This document shows, piece after piece, positions 1 to 10,733 of a stretch of 64,000 nt of DNA (position 1 is the first letter of the stretch; each line of letters begins with the position of its first letter). Source of the stretch: Candidatus Moraniibacteriota bacterium (GTDB taxonomy: Bacteria; Patescibacteriota; Minisyncoccia; Moranbacterales; UBA1568); assembly GCA_037133435.1 (NCBI GenBank), contig JBAXOD010000001.1:30979-94978 (forward strand). The letters run 5' to 3'. Under the pieces are notes generated by a model. That model worked only from the letters and a program-made list of their open reading frames with translations, searched no databases and had not been told where the DNA came from. The position numbers and the translations under genes were made by a program.

Positions 1-1921
1 GATCGCAAACGATCAGATTCCGAACGTCGTGCGTCAGGCGACCATCGCGTCGGAGGACGCGAATTTCTATTCGCATAGCGGAGTCGATTTCGGCGGTATG
101 GCGCGGGCATTTGTGGAAAATATCCATGCCGGAAAGATAGAGCAGGGGGGATCGACCATCACGCAGCAATTGGCGCGCAACGCCTTTTTCAGTCGGGAAC
201 GGACCATTCGGAGGAAGATCCTGGAGACGGTGACGGCGTTCAAGATCGAGAGTTCGTTTTCGAAACAGGAGATTCTCGACATGTATCTGAACCGGGTTCC
301 CTATGGTGCGAATACGTATGGGATAGAGATGGCCGCCGAGACATACTTCGGAAAGCCGGCGAGCGACCTTTCACTCGACGAGGCCGCGCTATTGGCATCC
401 CTGACGAAGGCCCCGAGCCTCTATTCCCCGTATGTCGCCAAACGCACCGACATGATCGCCCAACGGGACAATGTCATCAGTCGGATGTCGCAACTCGGTC
501 TCATTACGGACGCGCAGATGAAAACGGCGCTTGCGGCTGATACCGCCTCGAAGATCATGCCGGCATCGAGCCTGATCCAGGCGCCCCATTTCGTTTTCTA
601 TATCATCGATCAGTTGAAGAGCGAATACGGACAGGACGCGCTCGAACAGGGCGGTTGGAAGATATATACGACGCTCGATTGGAACCTGGAGCAGGAAGCG
701 GAACGGGCGGTTGCCGACGGGGCGGCGAAGAACGTGAAGTATGACGCGTCGAACGCGGCGCTGACCGCTATCGATCCGAAAAACGGCGAGATACTTGCCA
801 TGGTCGGGAGCAAGGATTTCTTCGATTCCTCCATCGACGGCGAGGTGAACGTGGCGACCAGTCTCAGACAGCCGGGCAGTTCCTTCAAGCCGATCGCGTA
901 TGCGACGGCCTTCGCGAAGGGCTTCCAGCCGGAAACGCTTTTGACTGACAAGCCTATTGATTTCGGCCCGGACGGGACCGGCAAGGATTATATCCCGCAA
1001 AATTATGACGGTCAGTTCCGCGGCACCCTGTCCATGCGGGAAGCGTTGGCACAGTCACTCAATATCCCTGCCGTACAGACGCTCTATCTGGCGGGGATAG
1101 GCCCCACGATCGATATGGCGCACCGGTTGGGCATCACGTCACTCAATGAACCTTCCCGGTACGGGCTGGCCTTGGTGCTCGGCGGGGGCGAGGTGAACCT
1201 GCTCGATATGACATCCGCGTTCGGAGTCTTCGCACGGGAAGGCGTGCGATCGCAGACGCACGGGATCTTACGCATCGAAAACCAGGCCGGGAAACGGATC
1301 GATACGCAAGACACGTCCAAAACGACGGTCGTGCTCGATCCGGAGGTCGCGCGAAAGATCAATTCCGTACTCTCCGACAATGTGGCACGGTCGGCGGTGT
1401 TCGGTTCCCGCAGCCCTTTGATCCTGCCTGATCGTCCGGTGGCGGCCAAGACCGGCACGACACAGGATTTTCACGATGCCTGGACGGTCGGATTTACGCC
1501 GTCGATCGCCGTGGGCGTATGGGTCGGGAACAACGATAACGCGCCGATGAAAGGTGGATCCGACGGCGTCTATGCGGCGGCCCCGCTCTGGCATGATTTC
1601 ATGGTCGCGGCGACCCGGAATACGCCGGTCGAAAAATTCACGGGATATACGAAGGCGGTTTCGGGAAAACTTCTGGTCACGGGAACGAGGGACAACGGCT
1701 CGGTCAAGTATTACGATATCGCGAGCGGCAAGAAACTGTCCGAGAAAAAAGCGTTGAAAAAGGACCCGTCGCAGATCCGCGTCTCTTCGGAATCGGATCA
1801 CAGCATCCTGTATTATGTGAACAAGAACGATCCGCTCGGGCCGACTCCGCCTGATTTTTCCGACCCGATGCTCGCCCGATGGGAAGCCGCTCCTCCGGAT
1901 ACTCAGAATCCGAAGAATTAA
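1..1921 (+). CDS. Class A penicillin-binding protein (PBP1A family), 5'-truncated by the window edge
   Basis: Frame open from position 2. Transglycosylase motifs EDxxF..H.GVD, GGSTITQQL and RK..E; transpeptidase SxxK (GSSFKP), SLN and KTGT. Confidence 0.95.
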   Translation, partial: IANDQIPNVVRQATIASEDANFYSHSGVDFGGMARAFVENIHAGKIEQGGSTITQQLARNAFFSRERTIRRKILETVTAFKIESSFSKQEILDMYLNRVPYGANTYGIEMAAETYFGKPASDLSLDEAALLASLTKAPSLYSPYVAKRTDMIAQRDNVISRMSQLGLITDAQMKTALAADTASKIMPASSLIQAPHFVFYIIDQLKSEYGQDALEQGGWKIYTTLDWNLEQEAERAVADGAAKNVKYDASNAALTAIDPKNGEILAMVGSKDFFDSSIDGEVNVATSLRQPGSSFKPIAYATAFAKGFQPETLLTDKPIDFGPDGTGKDYIPQNYDGQFRGTLSMREALAQSLNIPAVQTLYLAGIGPTIDMAHRLGITSLNEPSRYGLALVLGGGEVNLLDMTSAFGVFAREGVRSQTHGILRIENQAGKRIDTQDTSKTTVVLDPEVARKINSVLSDNVARSAVFGSRSPLILPDRPVAAKTGTTQDFHDAWTVGFTPSIAVGVWVGNNDNAPMKGGSDGVYAAAPLWHDFMVAATRNTPVEKFTGYTKAVSGKLLVTGTRDNGSVKYYDIASGKKLSEKKALKKDPSQIRVSSESDHSILYYVNKNDPLGPTPPDFSDPMLARWEAAPPDTQNPKN

Positions 1922-1952
1922 TATTCCGTGAAGCCGTGATACGATACGCGTT

Positions 1953-3173
1953 ATGAGGATTTCCGGAATCAAAATCGCGGGTATCGTTTTTCTTGTCGCA
2001 TCGTTAGCGGTTCTTATCGTGGCCTATCTTGGAACTGCTCCGGATGTGCGTTTCGCAGCCGATCAAGAGCTACTGACATCGGGTGATTTGACGCCCGTGA
2101 ACGATGAAACATCGATACCTGCAATCAAGCGGACGAATGAACAATCCCGCCCGTTTTTCGTTTCCGGATGGTTGCCGTATTGGGCGAAGGATGAAGGGGC
2201 TGCGTCACTGAACGACCGGATAGGACTTTTTACCGAAATCAATCCATTCGCATACGGCGTGAATGCCGAGGGTGTCCTGGTCGACAAGATGCATATCGAT
2301 GCCAAGCCGTGGCCGCAGCTGTTTGCGGATGCCGAAGGGCAGAATGTGCACATCATCCCGACAATACTCTGGGGCGATGAAAAGGCTATGCATACAATCT
2401 TTTCCGATCCGACATCGGCCAATCGTCATATCGATGCCATCATAGCGATGCTCGATAGCCATGGGTTTGCCGGCGTGGATATCGATTACGAAGGAAAGGA
2501 TATCGCCGATCGGGACGCGTTCTCGGCGTTCCTCCGGATGCTGCGCGAAAATCTGTCGGCGGATGCCGTGAAAACCCTGAGCTGTACGGTCGAAGCGAGG
2601 ACGGAAGATGACCCGCCACAGGGATTCACGGGAAAACGGGCGATGAGTTTCGCGAATGATTTTTCCGTTCTCAACGAGGCCTGTGATACCGTTCGTGTCA
2701 TGGCGTATGATCAGGTATTCCAGATGCATCGTGCGGATACGTTTACGACATCCGATCCGGTGCCGAACGCACCGAACGCGGATCTCCGATGGGTAGAGGA
2801 AGTCGCCCGATACGCGCTTCGATACGTATCACCGGACAAGTTGATCCTCGGCATCCCAACCTACGGGTGGGAATTTCGCGTCGAAAAAGTATCTGACGGA
2901 TACCGATATACGCGCGTGAGAAGCGTGAGTTATCCTTCCGCGATGGAAATGGCGCGCTCGGCCGGTGTGACACCGACACGTACCGAAGGCGGGGAACTTT
3001 CGTTCACATATACTTCGTCGGACGGGCTTCATATCGTGACGATCGACGATGCCGAATCGGTCAGAAACAGTATCGACATCGCGAAGAAACTGAATCTTAG
3101 GGGAGTGAGCCTTTTCAAGATCGATGGTCTGACGGACCCGACTCTCTTCGATATTCTTAGTAAAATACGATGA
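1953..3173 (+). CDS. Membrane-anchored glycoside hydrolase family 18
   Basis: N-terminal TM helix; GVDIDYE (DxDxE) catalytic motif; VMAYD; LGIPTYG. Confidence 0.85.
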   Translation: MRISGIKIAGIVFLVASLAVLIVAYLGTAPDVRFAADQELLTSGDLTPVNDETSIPAIKRTNEQSRPFFVSGWLPYWAKDEGAASLNDRIGLFTEINPFAYGVNAEGVLVDKMHIDAKPWPQLFADAEGQNVHIIPTILWGDEKAMHTIFSDPTSANRHIDAIIAMLDSHGFAGVDIDYEGKDIADRDAFSAFLRMLRENLSADAVKTLSCTVEARTEDDPPQGFTGKRAMSFANDFSVLNEACDTVRVMAYDQVFQMHRADTFTTSDPVPNAPNADLRWVEEVARYALRYVSPDKLILGIPTYGWEFRVEKVSDGYRYTRVRSVSYPSAMEMARSAGVTPTRTEGGELSFTYTSSDGLHIVTIDDAESVRNSIDIAKKLNLRGVSLFKIDGLTDPTLFDILSKIR

Positions 3174-4063
3174 AAATGCGTATCGGAACATGGATTTCGA
3201 TGGTCGGGATTTCGGCAATGATCATCGTCGCGGTCGTATATTTGCAAAGATTCCGAACCGATCACATCGAGAATGTCGTGGAACCGAAAACGGAAGAGGT
3301 CGTGAACGGCAAACCGGATACGACAGTTTTCGAATCGGTGCCGGATCCCGCACAGGCGGCGGTTCCCGAGCCGCAAGGAACGATCGCTTCTTCCATTCCG
3401 ATATTCATGTATCACTATATCCGGTCATATGTCGATCCGAGCGATCCGGTAGGGGAGAATCTGTCCGTTTCGCCCGAAGCCTTCGAAAATCAGATCTCGC
3501 GGCTGAAGGAAAACGGGTATGAGACGGTTTCGATGGACAGCTTCGTTCATCCGAAGCCCCTCGCCGGAAAGCCGATCGTCCTTACGTTTGATGACGGATA
3601 TCAGGACGCGTATGATACCGCGTTTCCACTATTGCGGCGGTACGGGATGACCGGGACGTTTTACCTCATTACGGACAAAATCGGAAACCCGGGATACCTG
3701 ACCTGGGACGAGGTCTCGGAAATGCGAGCTGCCGGAATGACATTCGGATCGCACACGCTCGATCATCCGGATCTGAAGACGCTCCCATCCGGAACGATGA
3801 ATCGAGAAATTATTGCGAGCAAGAAGCTTCTGGAACAAAAACTTGGAGGGAACGTGACGGACTTCTGTTATCCTTCGGGGAAATATGACGATGCGGTCGT
3901 GGCGGAGGTGCACCGGGACGGTTACGAGACGGCCGTTACGACACATTCGGGGATTTCACCAGTGAAAGATGATCCGTTCACGCTGAAAAGGTTGAGAATC
4001 ACGGAACATACGGATATCCGATCTATGATTGAACGGAAAGCGGAGCTGATGACGATACGGTAG
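3170..4063 (+). CDS. Polysaccharide deacetylase (NodB/CE4)
   Basis: MYH, LTFDDG, GSHTLDHP and FCYPSG motifs; ATGA overlap with the GH18 gene. Confidence 0.92.
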   Translation: MKMRIGTWISMVGISAMIIVAVVYLQRFRTDHIENVVEPKTEEVVNGKPDTTVFESVPDPAQAAVPEPQGTIASSIPIFMYHYIRSYVDPSDPVGENLSVSPEAFENQISRLKENGYETVSMDSFVHPKPLAGKPIVLTFDDGYQDAYDTAFPLLRRYGMTGTFYLITDKIGNPGYLTWDEVSEMRAAGMTFGSHTLDHPDLKTLPSGTMNREIIASKKLLEQKLGGNVTDFCYPSGKYDDAVVAEVHRDGYETAVTTHSGISPVKDDPFTLKRLRITEHTDIRSMIERKAELMTIR

Positions 4064-4160
4064 ATCGAAGGTATTTATCGGATTTGAAAAAAATACCCGA
4101 ACGTTCATTGATGTGGATTTTGAGTAGATGATATACTGGAAAAATCATTGTGCAAACGAT

Positions 4161-4937
4161 ATGGAAAAAATACAGTCGGTCGCTATCGAAGCGGCAAAGG
4201 ATGCAGGAGTCGTATTGAATGAGCTATTCGCTTCGCGGATCAAACGCTACGAGATGAAGACTGCACACGATATCCTCGCCGAGGCCGACGTTCGATCAGA
4301 AGACATTATACTCGGAAGAATCAGGCAAGCGTTTCCTGAACACGCAATCCTTTCGGAGGAAGCGGGGGAAAACGGCAAGGATTCGGAATACAAGTGGATC
4401 GTCGATCCGGTCGACGGGACGATAAATTTTTCCCGCGGAATCGATGAGTTCTGCATTTCGATCGCCGTATCGCGAAACGATGAACTTGCCTTCGGTCTGA
4501 TATACGAGCCGATCCGCGATCGTCTGTATATCGGAAAAAAAGGAGAAGGCGCGACGATGAACGGGGTGAAAATGAACGTCTCGACGGAGAACGTACTCGT
4601 GAATACGATTCTGGCAACCGATAATTCTTCCGACATGTCGGAAAGGGTAAGGAATCTCGAACTTTTGGCGAGGATCAGTCCAGAAGTGAGACATGTGCGT
4701 ATTTTCGGAAGTGCGGCGTTGCATCTCGCGAGGGTGGCGAAAGGCGAGATCGATGCCTATTATAAGACGACCTGCAATTATTGGGACAATGCCGCCGGCA
4801 TGCTGTTGCTTCAAGAAGCGGGAGGTCGTCTGACAGATCTTACTGGTAGCCCGCTTTCAAAAGACTCGCGTACAATCGTCGCATCGAACGGCCTGGTGCA
4901 TGATGAGATTTTAGCACTATTGTCAGCACGATCGTAA
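4161..4937 (+). CDS. Inositol monophosphatase family protein
   Basis: LSEE, WIVDPVDGTINF, GSAAL and WDxAAG motifs; start inferred at ATG 4161. Confidence 0.92.
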   Translation: MEKIQSVAIEAAKDAGVVLNELFASRIKRYEMKTAHDILAEADVRSEDIILGRIRQAFPEHAILSEEAGENGKDSEYKWIVDPVDGTINFSRGIDEFCISIAVSRNDELAFGLIYEPIRDRLYIGKKGEGATMNGVKMNVSTENVLVNTILATDNSSDMSERVRNLELLARISPEVRHVRIFGSAALHLARVAKGEIDAYYKTTCNYWDNAAGMLLLQEAGGRLTDLTGSPLSKDSRTIVASNGLVHDEILALLSARS

Positions 4938-4958
4938 AATCATAACGTTTGGAACCCT

Positions 4959-5180
4959 ATGGAAACGCAGAAATTTCTGTTTGCCGTCTTGTTGGGAAAG
5001 TCGGGCGACGGGGAAGAACTGATGGAAGTCCATCGATTGGAGTTCGTCGTGGCCGAAAGCGAGGATGATGCGAAAGTGCTCGCGAAGACGCGGTGGAATG
5101 TCGAATCGTCTCATATCGACGGAATCCGGAAACTGGACCTCGTGGACGGATATGAAATAGCTTTGGATAAGAAAAGTTAG
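4959..5180 (+). CDS. Small protein, DUF1543-like single domain
   Basis: LFAVLLG...EVH..EFVVAESEDDAK..AK.RW....H.D...VDGY pattern, recalled as DUF1543-like. Confidence 0.55.
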   Translation: METQKFLFAVLLGKSGDGEELMEVHRLEFVVAESEDDAKVLAKTRWNVESSHIDGIRKLDLVDGYEIALDKKS

Positions 5181-5302
5181 GAAGGATCGTTCAACTGATG
5201 ATTGAAATTCAATTTCCAAACACTGGGAGTGTTACGGCCTGGCGTTTCGTCTTTTCACTCCTCCATTGCCAACATCCCCCGGGTTCGTGATAGGATGGGA
5301 TT

Positions 5303-7723
5303 ATGAAAAATGAGCGAAAAACGGCGGAAAACAGGCGTTGGGATGTCATCGGGATCGGCAGTCCCTTGTTCGATATCGTCATACGAGTCGATGAAGAAAC
5401 GCTTTCGGAACTGAATATCGCCAAAGGATCGATGAAACTGATATCGGAAGGGGAGAGTCGCGCGATTCTCGACAAATACGGTTCCACGTGCAGGTTGGTG
5501 CCCGGGGGGAGCGCCGCGAATACGATCGCCGGAGTGAACACACTCGGGAGCCGGGTCGCGTTTCTGGGGGTCGTCGGCATGGACGAGTACGGAGCGCGGT
5601 ATCTTGAGCAGTTGAAAAACGACGGTATCGACTCGCATGTGTCGTATCATGACAGCGGTATGACAGGCCACTGCATCATCTTGGTCACGCCCGACGGTGA
5701 ACGGACGATGGCGACGCATATCGGGGCGGCCTCGCTGCTTACGAAAGAGCATATCCGAGACGAGGCGATCGGGCAAAGCAGAGTACTGCACCTTGAAGCC
5801 TACCACTTGGATCAACCCGAGTCCCGAAAGGCGATGCTTCATGCGATCGGTATCGCGAACCGGCACGGCGTTCTGGTCTCGCTTGATTTATCCGACGCGG
5901 GACTGATAGGACGGAATCGGGAAACATTTCGTGATATCGTATCGGAGCATGTGGACATCGTATTCGCAAACGAGGAGGAAGCCATAATGTTTTCCGGGAA
6001 ACGTGATCCGCTTTCGGCTGTACGGTATATCGCGGAGCGTTGCGATATCGCGGTCGTGAAGCTCGGAGCGGAGGGCAGTCTGATCAAACGCGGCGATATG
6101 ATCCACAAGGTCGCGCCGTATCGGGTCGATCCCATGAATACGAACGGTGCGGGAGACATGTATGCCGCGGGCATCCTGCACGGACTGATCCGTGGAGCGG
6201 ACCTGAAGGCGGTAGGAGAAATGGCAAGCCATGTCGCGGCGCTCGTCGTCGCGAGTCCAGGGGGACGTCTGGATGCGAAGCATGTTAATTCGATAGGGCA
6301 ATACAGGAATATGGGCGAAACACGGGACTACGAGATCAAGGACATCGGTCTTGCGGAATACGGCAGGAAGGAGATCGTCATCGCGGAAAAGGAGATGCCC
6401 GGTCTCATGGCGTTACGCAAGCAGTACGGAAGAAAGAAACCGCTCAAGGGCGCTCGGATCCTGGGGAGTCTTCATATGACCATCCAGACCGCCGTCCTGA
6501 TCGAGACGCTCCGCGAGCTCGGGGCGGAAGTCCGCTGGGTATCGTGTAATATCTTCTCGACGCAGGATCATGCGGCCGCCGCGATGGCGGAAGCGGGCGT
6601 CCCTGTATTCGCCTGGAAAGGCGAGACGCTCGCCGAGTATTGGCAATGCACCGAACGGGCGTTCCGGTTCAAGGGAGGTAAGGGACCGAATCTCATCGTA
6701 GATGATGGCGGTGATGCGACGCTTATGTTGCATCTGGGTGTGGAAATCGAGAAGAATCCGAAACTCTTGAAGCAAAGCTTGGCCGGCAAGGGAGAGGACG
6801 AGAAAGAATTGATGAAGGTCCTGGCCGATATTCATCACCGCGACAAGAAATTCTGGAGTACGGTCATTCGCGACGTGAGAGGGGTCTCGGAAGAGACGAC
6901 GACCGGTGTACATCGGCTATATCGCATGTTCGAAGAGAAGCGGCTTCTGTTTCCGGCGATAAACGTGAATGATTCGGTGACGAAGAGCAAGTTCGACAAT
7001 CTGTACGGATGTCGCGAGAGCCTGGCGGACGGGATTAAGCGCGGGACCGATGTCATGGTGGCCGGCAAAGTGGTGATCGTGTGCGGATATGGCGATGTGG
7101 GCAAGGGCTGCGCGCAGAGTATGCGGGGACTCGGGGCCCGGGTCATCGTGACCGAAGTCGATCCGATCTGCGCACTGCAGGCGGCGATGGAAGGATATGA
7201 GGTCCGCACGATTGAAGAAGCTCTCACGTCGGCGGACATATTCGTGACCGCGACCGGCAACCGCGATATCATCACAATCGATCACATGGCCGGGATGAAA
7301 GACGAGTCGATCGTGTGCAATATCGGGCACTTTGACAACGAAATCCAGGTGGGGAAACTGGAATCATTTCCCGGGATACGGAAGATAGCTATTAAACCCC
7401 AGGTCGACAAATACGTGTTTCCGGACGGGCATGCTATCGTACTGCTTTCCGAAGGGCGGCTGGTGAATCTCGGCAATGCGACCGGACATCCGAGTTTCGT
7501 GATGAGCGCGTCGTTTACGAATCAGGTGCTCGCGCAGATGGAGCTGTGGTCACATGATCATGAAGTCGGAGTCTTTACCCTCCCGAAGTATCTCGATGAG
7601 GAAGTGGCCAGACTCCATCTGGGAAAATTGGGCGTCACACTTACGAAACTCACAAAAAAGCAGGCTGAGTATATCGATGTCCCGGTCGGAGGGCCGTATA
7701 AAGCCGACCGCTATCGGTACTAG
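5303..7723 (+). CDS. ahcY: Fusion of a PfkB/adenosine-kinase-like domain and adenosylhomocysteinase
   Basis: N-terminal GGSAAN, FANEEE, VVKLG..G and NTNGAGD; C-terminal [45 protein letters not shown] and GHPSFVMS; one uninterrupted 806-aa ORF. Confidence 0.95.
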   Translation: MKNERKTAENRRWDVIGIGSPLFDIVIRVDEETLSELNIAKGSMKLISEGESRAILDKYGSTCRLVPGGSAANTIAGVNTLGSRVAFLGVVGMDEYGARYLEQLKNDGIDSHVSYHDSGMTGHCIILVTPDGERTMATHIGAASLLTKEHIRDEAIGQSRVLHLEAYHLDQPESRKAMLHAIGIANRHGVLVSLDLSDAGLIGRNRETFRDIVSEHVDIVFANEEEAIMFSGKRDPLSAVRYIAERCDIAVVKLGAEGSLIKRGDMIHKVAPYRVDPMNTNGAGDMYAAGILHGLIRGADLKAVGEMASHVAALVVASPGGRLDAKHVNSIGQYRNMGETRDYEIKDIGLAEYGRKEIVIAEKEMPGLMALRKQYGRKKPLKGARILGSLHMTIQTAVLIETLRELGAEVRWVSCNIFSTQDHAAAAMAEAGVPVFAWKGETLAEYWQCTERAFRFKGGKGPNLIVDDGGDATLMLHLGVEIEKNPKLLKQSLAGKGEDEKELMKVLADIHHRDKKFWSTVIRDVRGVSEETTTGVHRLYRMFEEKRLLFPAINVNDSVTKSKFDNLYGCRESLADGIKRGTDVMVAGKVVIVCGYGDVGKGCAQSMRGLGARVIVTEVDPICALQAAMEGYEVRTIEEALTSADIFVTATGNRDIITIDHMAGMKDESIVCNIGHFDNEIQVGKLESFPGIRKIAIKPQVDKYVFPDGHAIVLLSEGRLVNLGNATGHPSFVMSASFTNQVLAQMELWSHDHEVGVFTLPKYLDEEVARLHLGKLGVTLTKLTKKQAEYIDVPVGGPYKADRYRY

Positions 7724-7832
7724 TATCACACTTCGCTGAAAGAACGACCGAGTGAACGAATAGTTCGGATACGACATATTGTCCGCAGCGGTCATCCTGA
7801 ATGGATGCTTGTTGACTTCGACGGAGCACTGG

Positions 7833-8633
7833 TCAGAAGCCGATGGAATGGTTCCAATAGACGATGCACCGCATGGAGATAGACCCGGCGAACATGGCTT
7901 CGTTGAAGAACTGCGGATCTTCTTTTCCGGCGGCCCCGAGAACAGAGAGGAGCGGGAGGAAATGCTCGTCCGTCGGATGGGCCGACTCGGCCGTCGGCTG
8001 ACGCTCGTATCCGAGTATCAATCCGATGTCTTTTTTCAAGAGCGCGTCTTTGACGAAGGAATCGAATTCGGACGCCCATGGATGCGTCACGGGGGATAGC
8101 GCCGACAGATTATGCACGATATTGCCGCTCCCGAGGATGAGGATGCCCTCTTCCCTGAGAATCGCGAGCTCCCGGCCGATACCGAAGTGTTCTTCCGGTG
8201 AGAGACTCTCATCAAGACAGAGCTGAATGACCGGAATATCCGCATCAGGGTACATACGCGCCAATACGGACCAGGTCCCGTGGTCGAGCCCCCATTCCTG
8301 ATCGTCTTCGACCGGTACGCTCTTGACGATATCGCGGACCCGAGTCGCCAGCTCCGAAGAACCGTCGGCCTTGTATTCGAATCCGTAGTATCGTTCCGGA
8401 AAGCCGTAGAAGTCGTGAATCGTCCGTGGATGTTCCATGGCGGTCACCGCGGTTCCTCCGCGATTCCAGTTCTCGGAGGCCGTCCAATGGGCCGAGATAG
8501 AGAGGATCGCTTTCGGCCGGGGCAGGAGTTCTCCGAGTCTGATCCATTGTTCGCTGAACACGTTGTTTTCGAATGCGTTTTCCGGTGATCCGTGCCCGAT
8601 GAAGATTGCGGGCATTTTTCTTTCATTTGACAT
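7833..8633 (-). CDS. ygiD: Extradiol ring-cleavage dioxygenase (DODA/YgiD, LigB family)
   Basis: PAIFIGHGSP, SAHW, HDFYGFP, WGLDHGTW, GSGNIVHNL and HPTDEHFLPL; start corrected to ATG 8633. Confidence 0.9.
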   Translation of the reverse strand: MSNERKMPAIFIGHGSPENAFENNVFSEQWIRLGELLPRPKAILSISAHWTASENWNRGGTAVTAMEHPRTIHDFYGFPERYYGFEYKADGSSELATRVRDIVKSVPVEDDQEWGLDHGTWSVLARMYPDADIPVIQLCLDESLSPEEHFGIGRELAILREEGILILGSGNIVHNLSALSPVTHPWASEFDSFVKDALLKKDIGLILGYERQPTAESAHPTDEHFLPLLSVLGAAGKEDPQFFNEAMFAGSISMRCIVYWNHSIGF

Positions 8634-8781
8634 ATATTTATGATATTTTGATACGTCAAGGATACTCCCTTTCGGTTCGTGTCGCCATGTTTGAGCCTGA
8701 TCAAGCCTGCCTCGTCGATATGGCGCATATATGGGGATTCGGAATATAATCGAATTACGACATTTTCGCAAAGCGTTCCAT

Positions 8782-9906
8782 ATGCTTTCATACGTAGAAA
8801 TATCGAAAGACAATCTGCTTCACAATTTCAATACGCTCAGATCGCTGGTGCGGCCGGGCGTCGAGGTCGTCGCCGTGGTGAAGGCGAACGCGTACGGTCA
8901 TGGTCAGAACGAAGTCGTTTCGATTCTCGAACCGATAGCGGACCGTTTCCAGGTGGACGATCTCGCGGAATTGAGACTGCTCCGTGAAATTTCACAAAAG
9001 TCCGTCCTGGTTCTGGGGTATGTCGCCGAAAGCGAGATAGCTGAGATGCTCGACTTGGGCGGGATACCGTGCGTGTACGATGCCGGTCAGATACGTACCA
9101 TAAATGCGGCAGCGAAGCGATCGGGAACGCGGGCGACGGTACATGTGAAGATCGACGCGGAACTCGGTCGTCAGGGCGTCTTGCCCGAAAAGACCCGGGA
9201 AATCATCGCGGTGTTGAAAACATGCGATTATATTCGTGTCGAGGCGATCTACTCCCATTTCGCGAATATCGAGGATACGTCCGATTTCTCTCATGCGAAA
9301 AAACAGATTGATGCGTTCGAACGGGCGACTTCCATGTTTCGGGAAAACGGATTTAAACATATCAAGACGCATCTTTCGGCGAGTTCCGGTATCATGGCGT
9401 ATGAATACGCAGGAGGAACGTCGGACCTCGTCCGACCGGGTATCGGTCTGTATGGGATGTGGCCTTCGGACGATTTGAAAGAGCGGCTCGGGAAGGAAGG
9501 TCTTGTCTTGAAACCCGTATTGCGATGGGTGACGCATATCGCGCAGGTGAAAACCCTGCCAACGGGTCACTCTGTCGGATATGGGCTGACCTTTGTCACT
9601 ACGATGCCGACGAAGATCGCCGTCATCCCGCAAGGATACAGCGACGGGTATGACCGGGGGCTGTCGAACAAGGGCGAAGTCTTGATCGGTGGGACGCGGT
9701 GTCCGGTGCTCGGCCGGGTCGCGATGAACATGTTCGTGGCCGACGTGAGCCATCTGGAATCGGTGAGCCGTGAAGATGAGGTCGTGCTTCTCGGTGCGCA
9801 GGGGGGTGAGCGTATCACCGCCGAAGAGATCGCGGACAGGCTTTGCACCATCAATTACGAGATCACGACCCGCATCTCGCCCCTCTTGCCTCACATCGTC
9901 GTTTGA
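8782..9906 (+). CDS. alr: Alanine racemase
   Basis: AVVKANAYGHG (PLP lysine), RPGIGLYG, GYSDGY, GRVAMN and TINYE; start at ATG 8782. Confidence 0.96.
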   Translation: MLSYVEISKDNLLHNFNTLRSLVRPGVEVVAVVKANAYGHGQNEVVSILEPIADRFQVDDLAELRLLREISQKSVLVLGYVAESEIAEMLDLGGIPCVYDAGQIRTINAAAKRSGTRATVHVKIDAELGRQGVLPEKTREIIAVLKTCDYIRVEAIYSHFANIEDTSDFSHAKKQIDAFERATSMFRENGFKHIKTHLSASSGIMAYEYAGGTSDLVRPGIGLYGMWPSDDLKERLGKEGLVLKPVLRWVTHIAQVKTLPTGHSVGYGLTFVTTMPTKIAVIPQGYSDGYDRGLSNKGEVLIGGTRCPVLGRVAMNMFVADVSHLESVSREDEVVLLGAQGGERITAEEIADRLCTINYEITTRISPLLPHIVV

Positions 9907-10085
9907 AAATTGTTTCGGAGATTGTGGTTCATAAATCGGGAGCTGTGATACCTTATTCGCCAATCGGGGAGTCGCGTGGTACTATCGGAGTATGAAGGAT
10001 GGACATCCCGTATATATATCGGGAGTCTGATCCGTAAATCGGAGGAGTTTGGCGGAATCGTTCCGTTTCTCCCTCCCACAAACCT

Positions 10086-10268
10086 ATGAGGAAGACGCTT
10101 ATCACCGGATTGGACAAGGAGCGCGAGTCGAAGGAGAACCTGTATCCGACCCGCCCGCCCAGGCTCGAGGGGAAGTCGAAGAACGCGATGATGAATCCCG
10201 TCCGCAAACCGAAAGCCGGAAGCGGCCGGTTGCCGGAACGCTCCGACCGACCGGCGGATCATGACTGA
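10086..10268 (+). CDS. Small basic hypothetical protein (60 aa)
   Basis: Fills an intergenic gap; start context ACAAACCTATG is identical to that of the small ORF at 35050; followed by a terminator. Confidence 0.5.
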   Translation: MRKTLITGLDKERESKENLYPTRPPRLEGKSKNAMMNPVRKPKAGSGRLPERSDRPADHD

Positions 10269-10292
10269 AATTCGTATGAACGACGGTTGATC

Positions 10293-10326
10293 AAGACTGA
10301 ACCTTCTTTGGAGGCTCAGTCTTTTT
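10293..10326 (+). terminator. Intrinsic terminator
   Basis: AAGACTGA...TCAGTCTT hairpin followed by a T run. Confidence 0.65.
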
Positions 10327-10343
10327 CATTACCCGATGGCTTC

Positions 10344-10373
10344 TTGACAATACCCCTAGGGGGGTATTAAGAT
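10344..10373 (+). promoter_or_regulatory. Sigma70-type promoter with CsoR operator
   Basis: TTGACA (10344-10349); inverted repeat AATACCCC-TAGG-GGGGTATT (10349-10368) with the C-tract/G-tract form typical of CsoR/RcnR operators; directly upstream of csoR. Confidence 0.85.
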
Positions 10374-10412
10374 GGTACTGACAATATGTAAACCGATACT
10401 GTGAATCCAAAT

Positions 10413-10676
10413 ATGGCATCGACCAAAGAGAAACTCATGCGTCGGCTCAAGATCATCGAGGGGCAGGTCCGCGGACTGCAGGACATGCTCGAGAAGAACG
10501 CCTACTGCATCGACATCATCACGCAGTCGTGCGCCGTGAAGCAGGGACTGACTGCGGTCGAGGATATCCTGATGGAAGGGCACCTCGGTAGCTGTGTCAT
10601 TCATCAGATCAAAAACGGACAAGAAACCAAGGCGAAGGAAGAGATCCTGAAGGTGTATCAGTTGAAACGGAAATAA
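10413..10676 (+). CDS. csoR: Copper-sensing repressor, CsoR family
   Basis: RRLKIIEGQVRG; Cys (YCIDI), His and Cys (GHLGSC) metal ligands; heads the copper locus. Confidence 0.9.
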   Translation: MASTKEKLMRRLKIIEGQVRGLQDMLEKNAYCIDIITQSCAVKQGLTAVEDILMEGHLGSCVIHQIKNGQETKAKEEILKVYQLKRK

Positions 10677-10677
10677 G

Positions 10678-10733
10678 GGCAGGGAACAGTTAATATTGAA
10701 CAGGGAACATTGAATAGGGAACAGGGAACTGGA
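10678..10733. repeat. Degenerate heptamer tandem tract (AACAGGG type)
   Basis: ggcaggg aacagtt aatattg aacaggg aacattg aataggg aacaggg aactgga, immediately after the csoR stop. Confidence 0.8.

Noticed and set aside
5181-5302. SAH or SAM riboswitch upstream of the ahcY fusion
   Set aside because: No recognisable consensus, and a promoter-like TTGCCA..TAGGAT lies very close to the start, leaving almost no leader.
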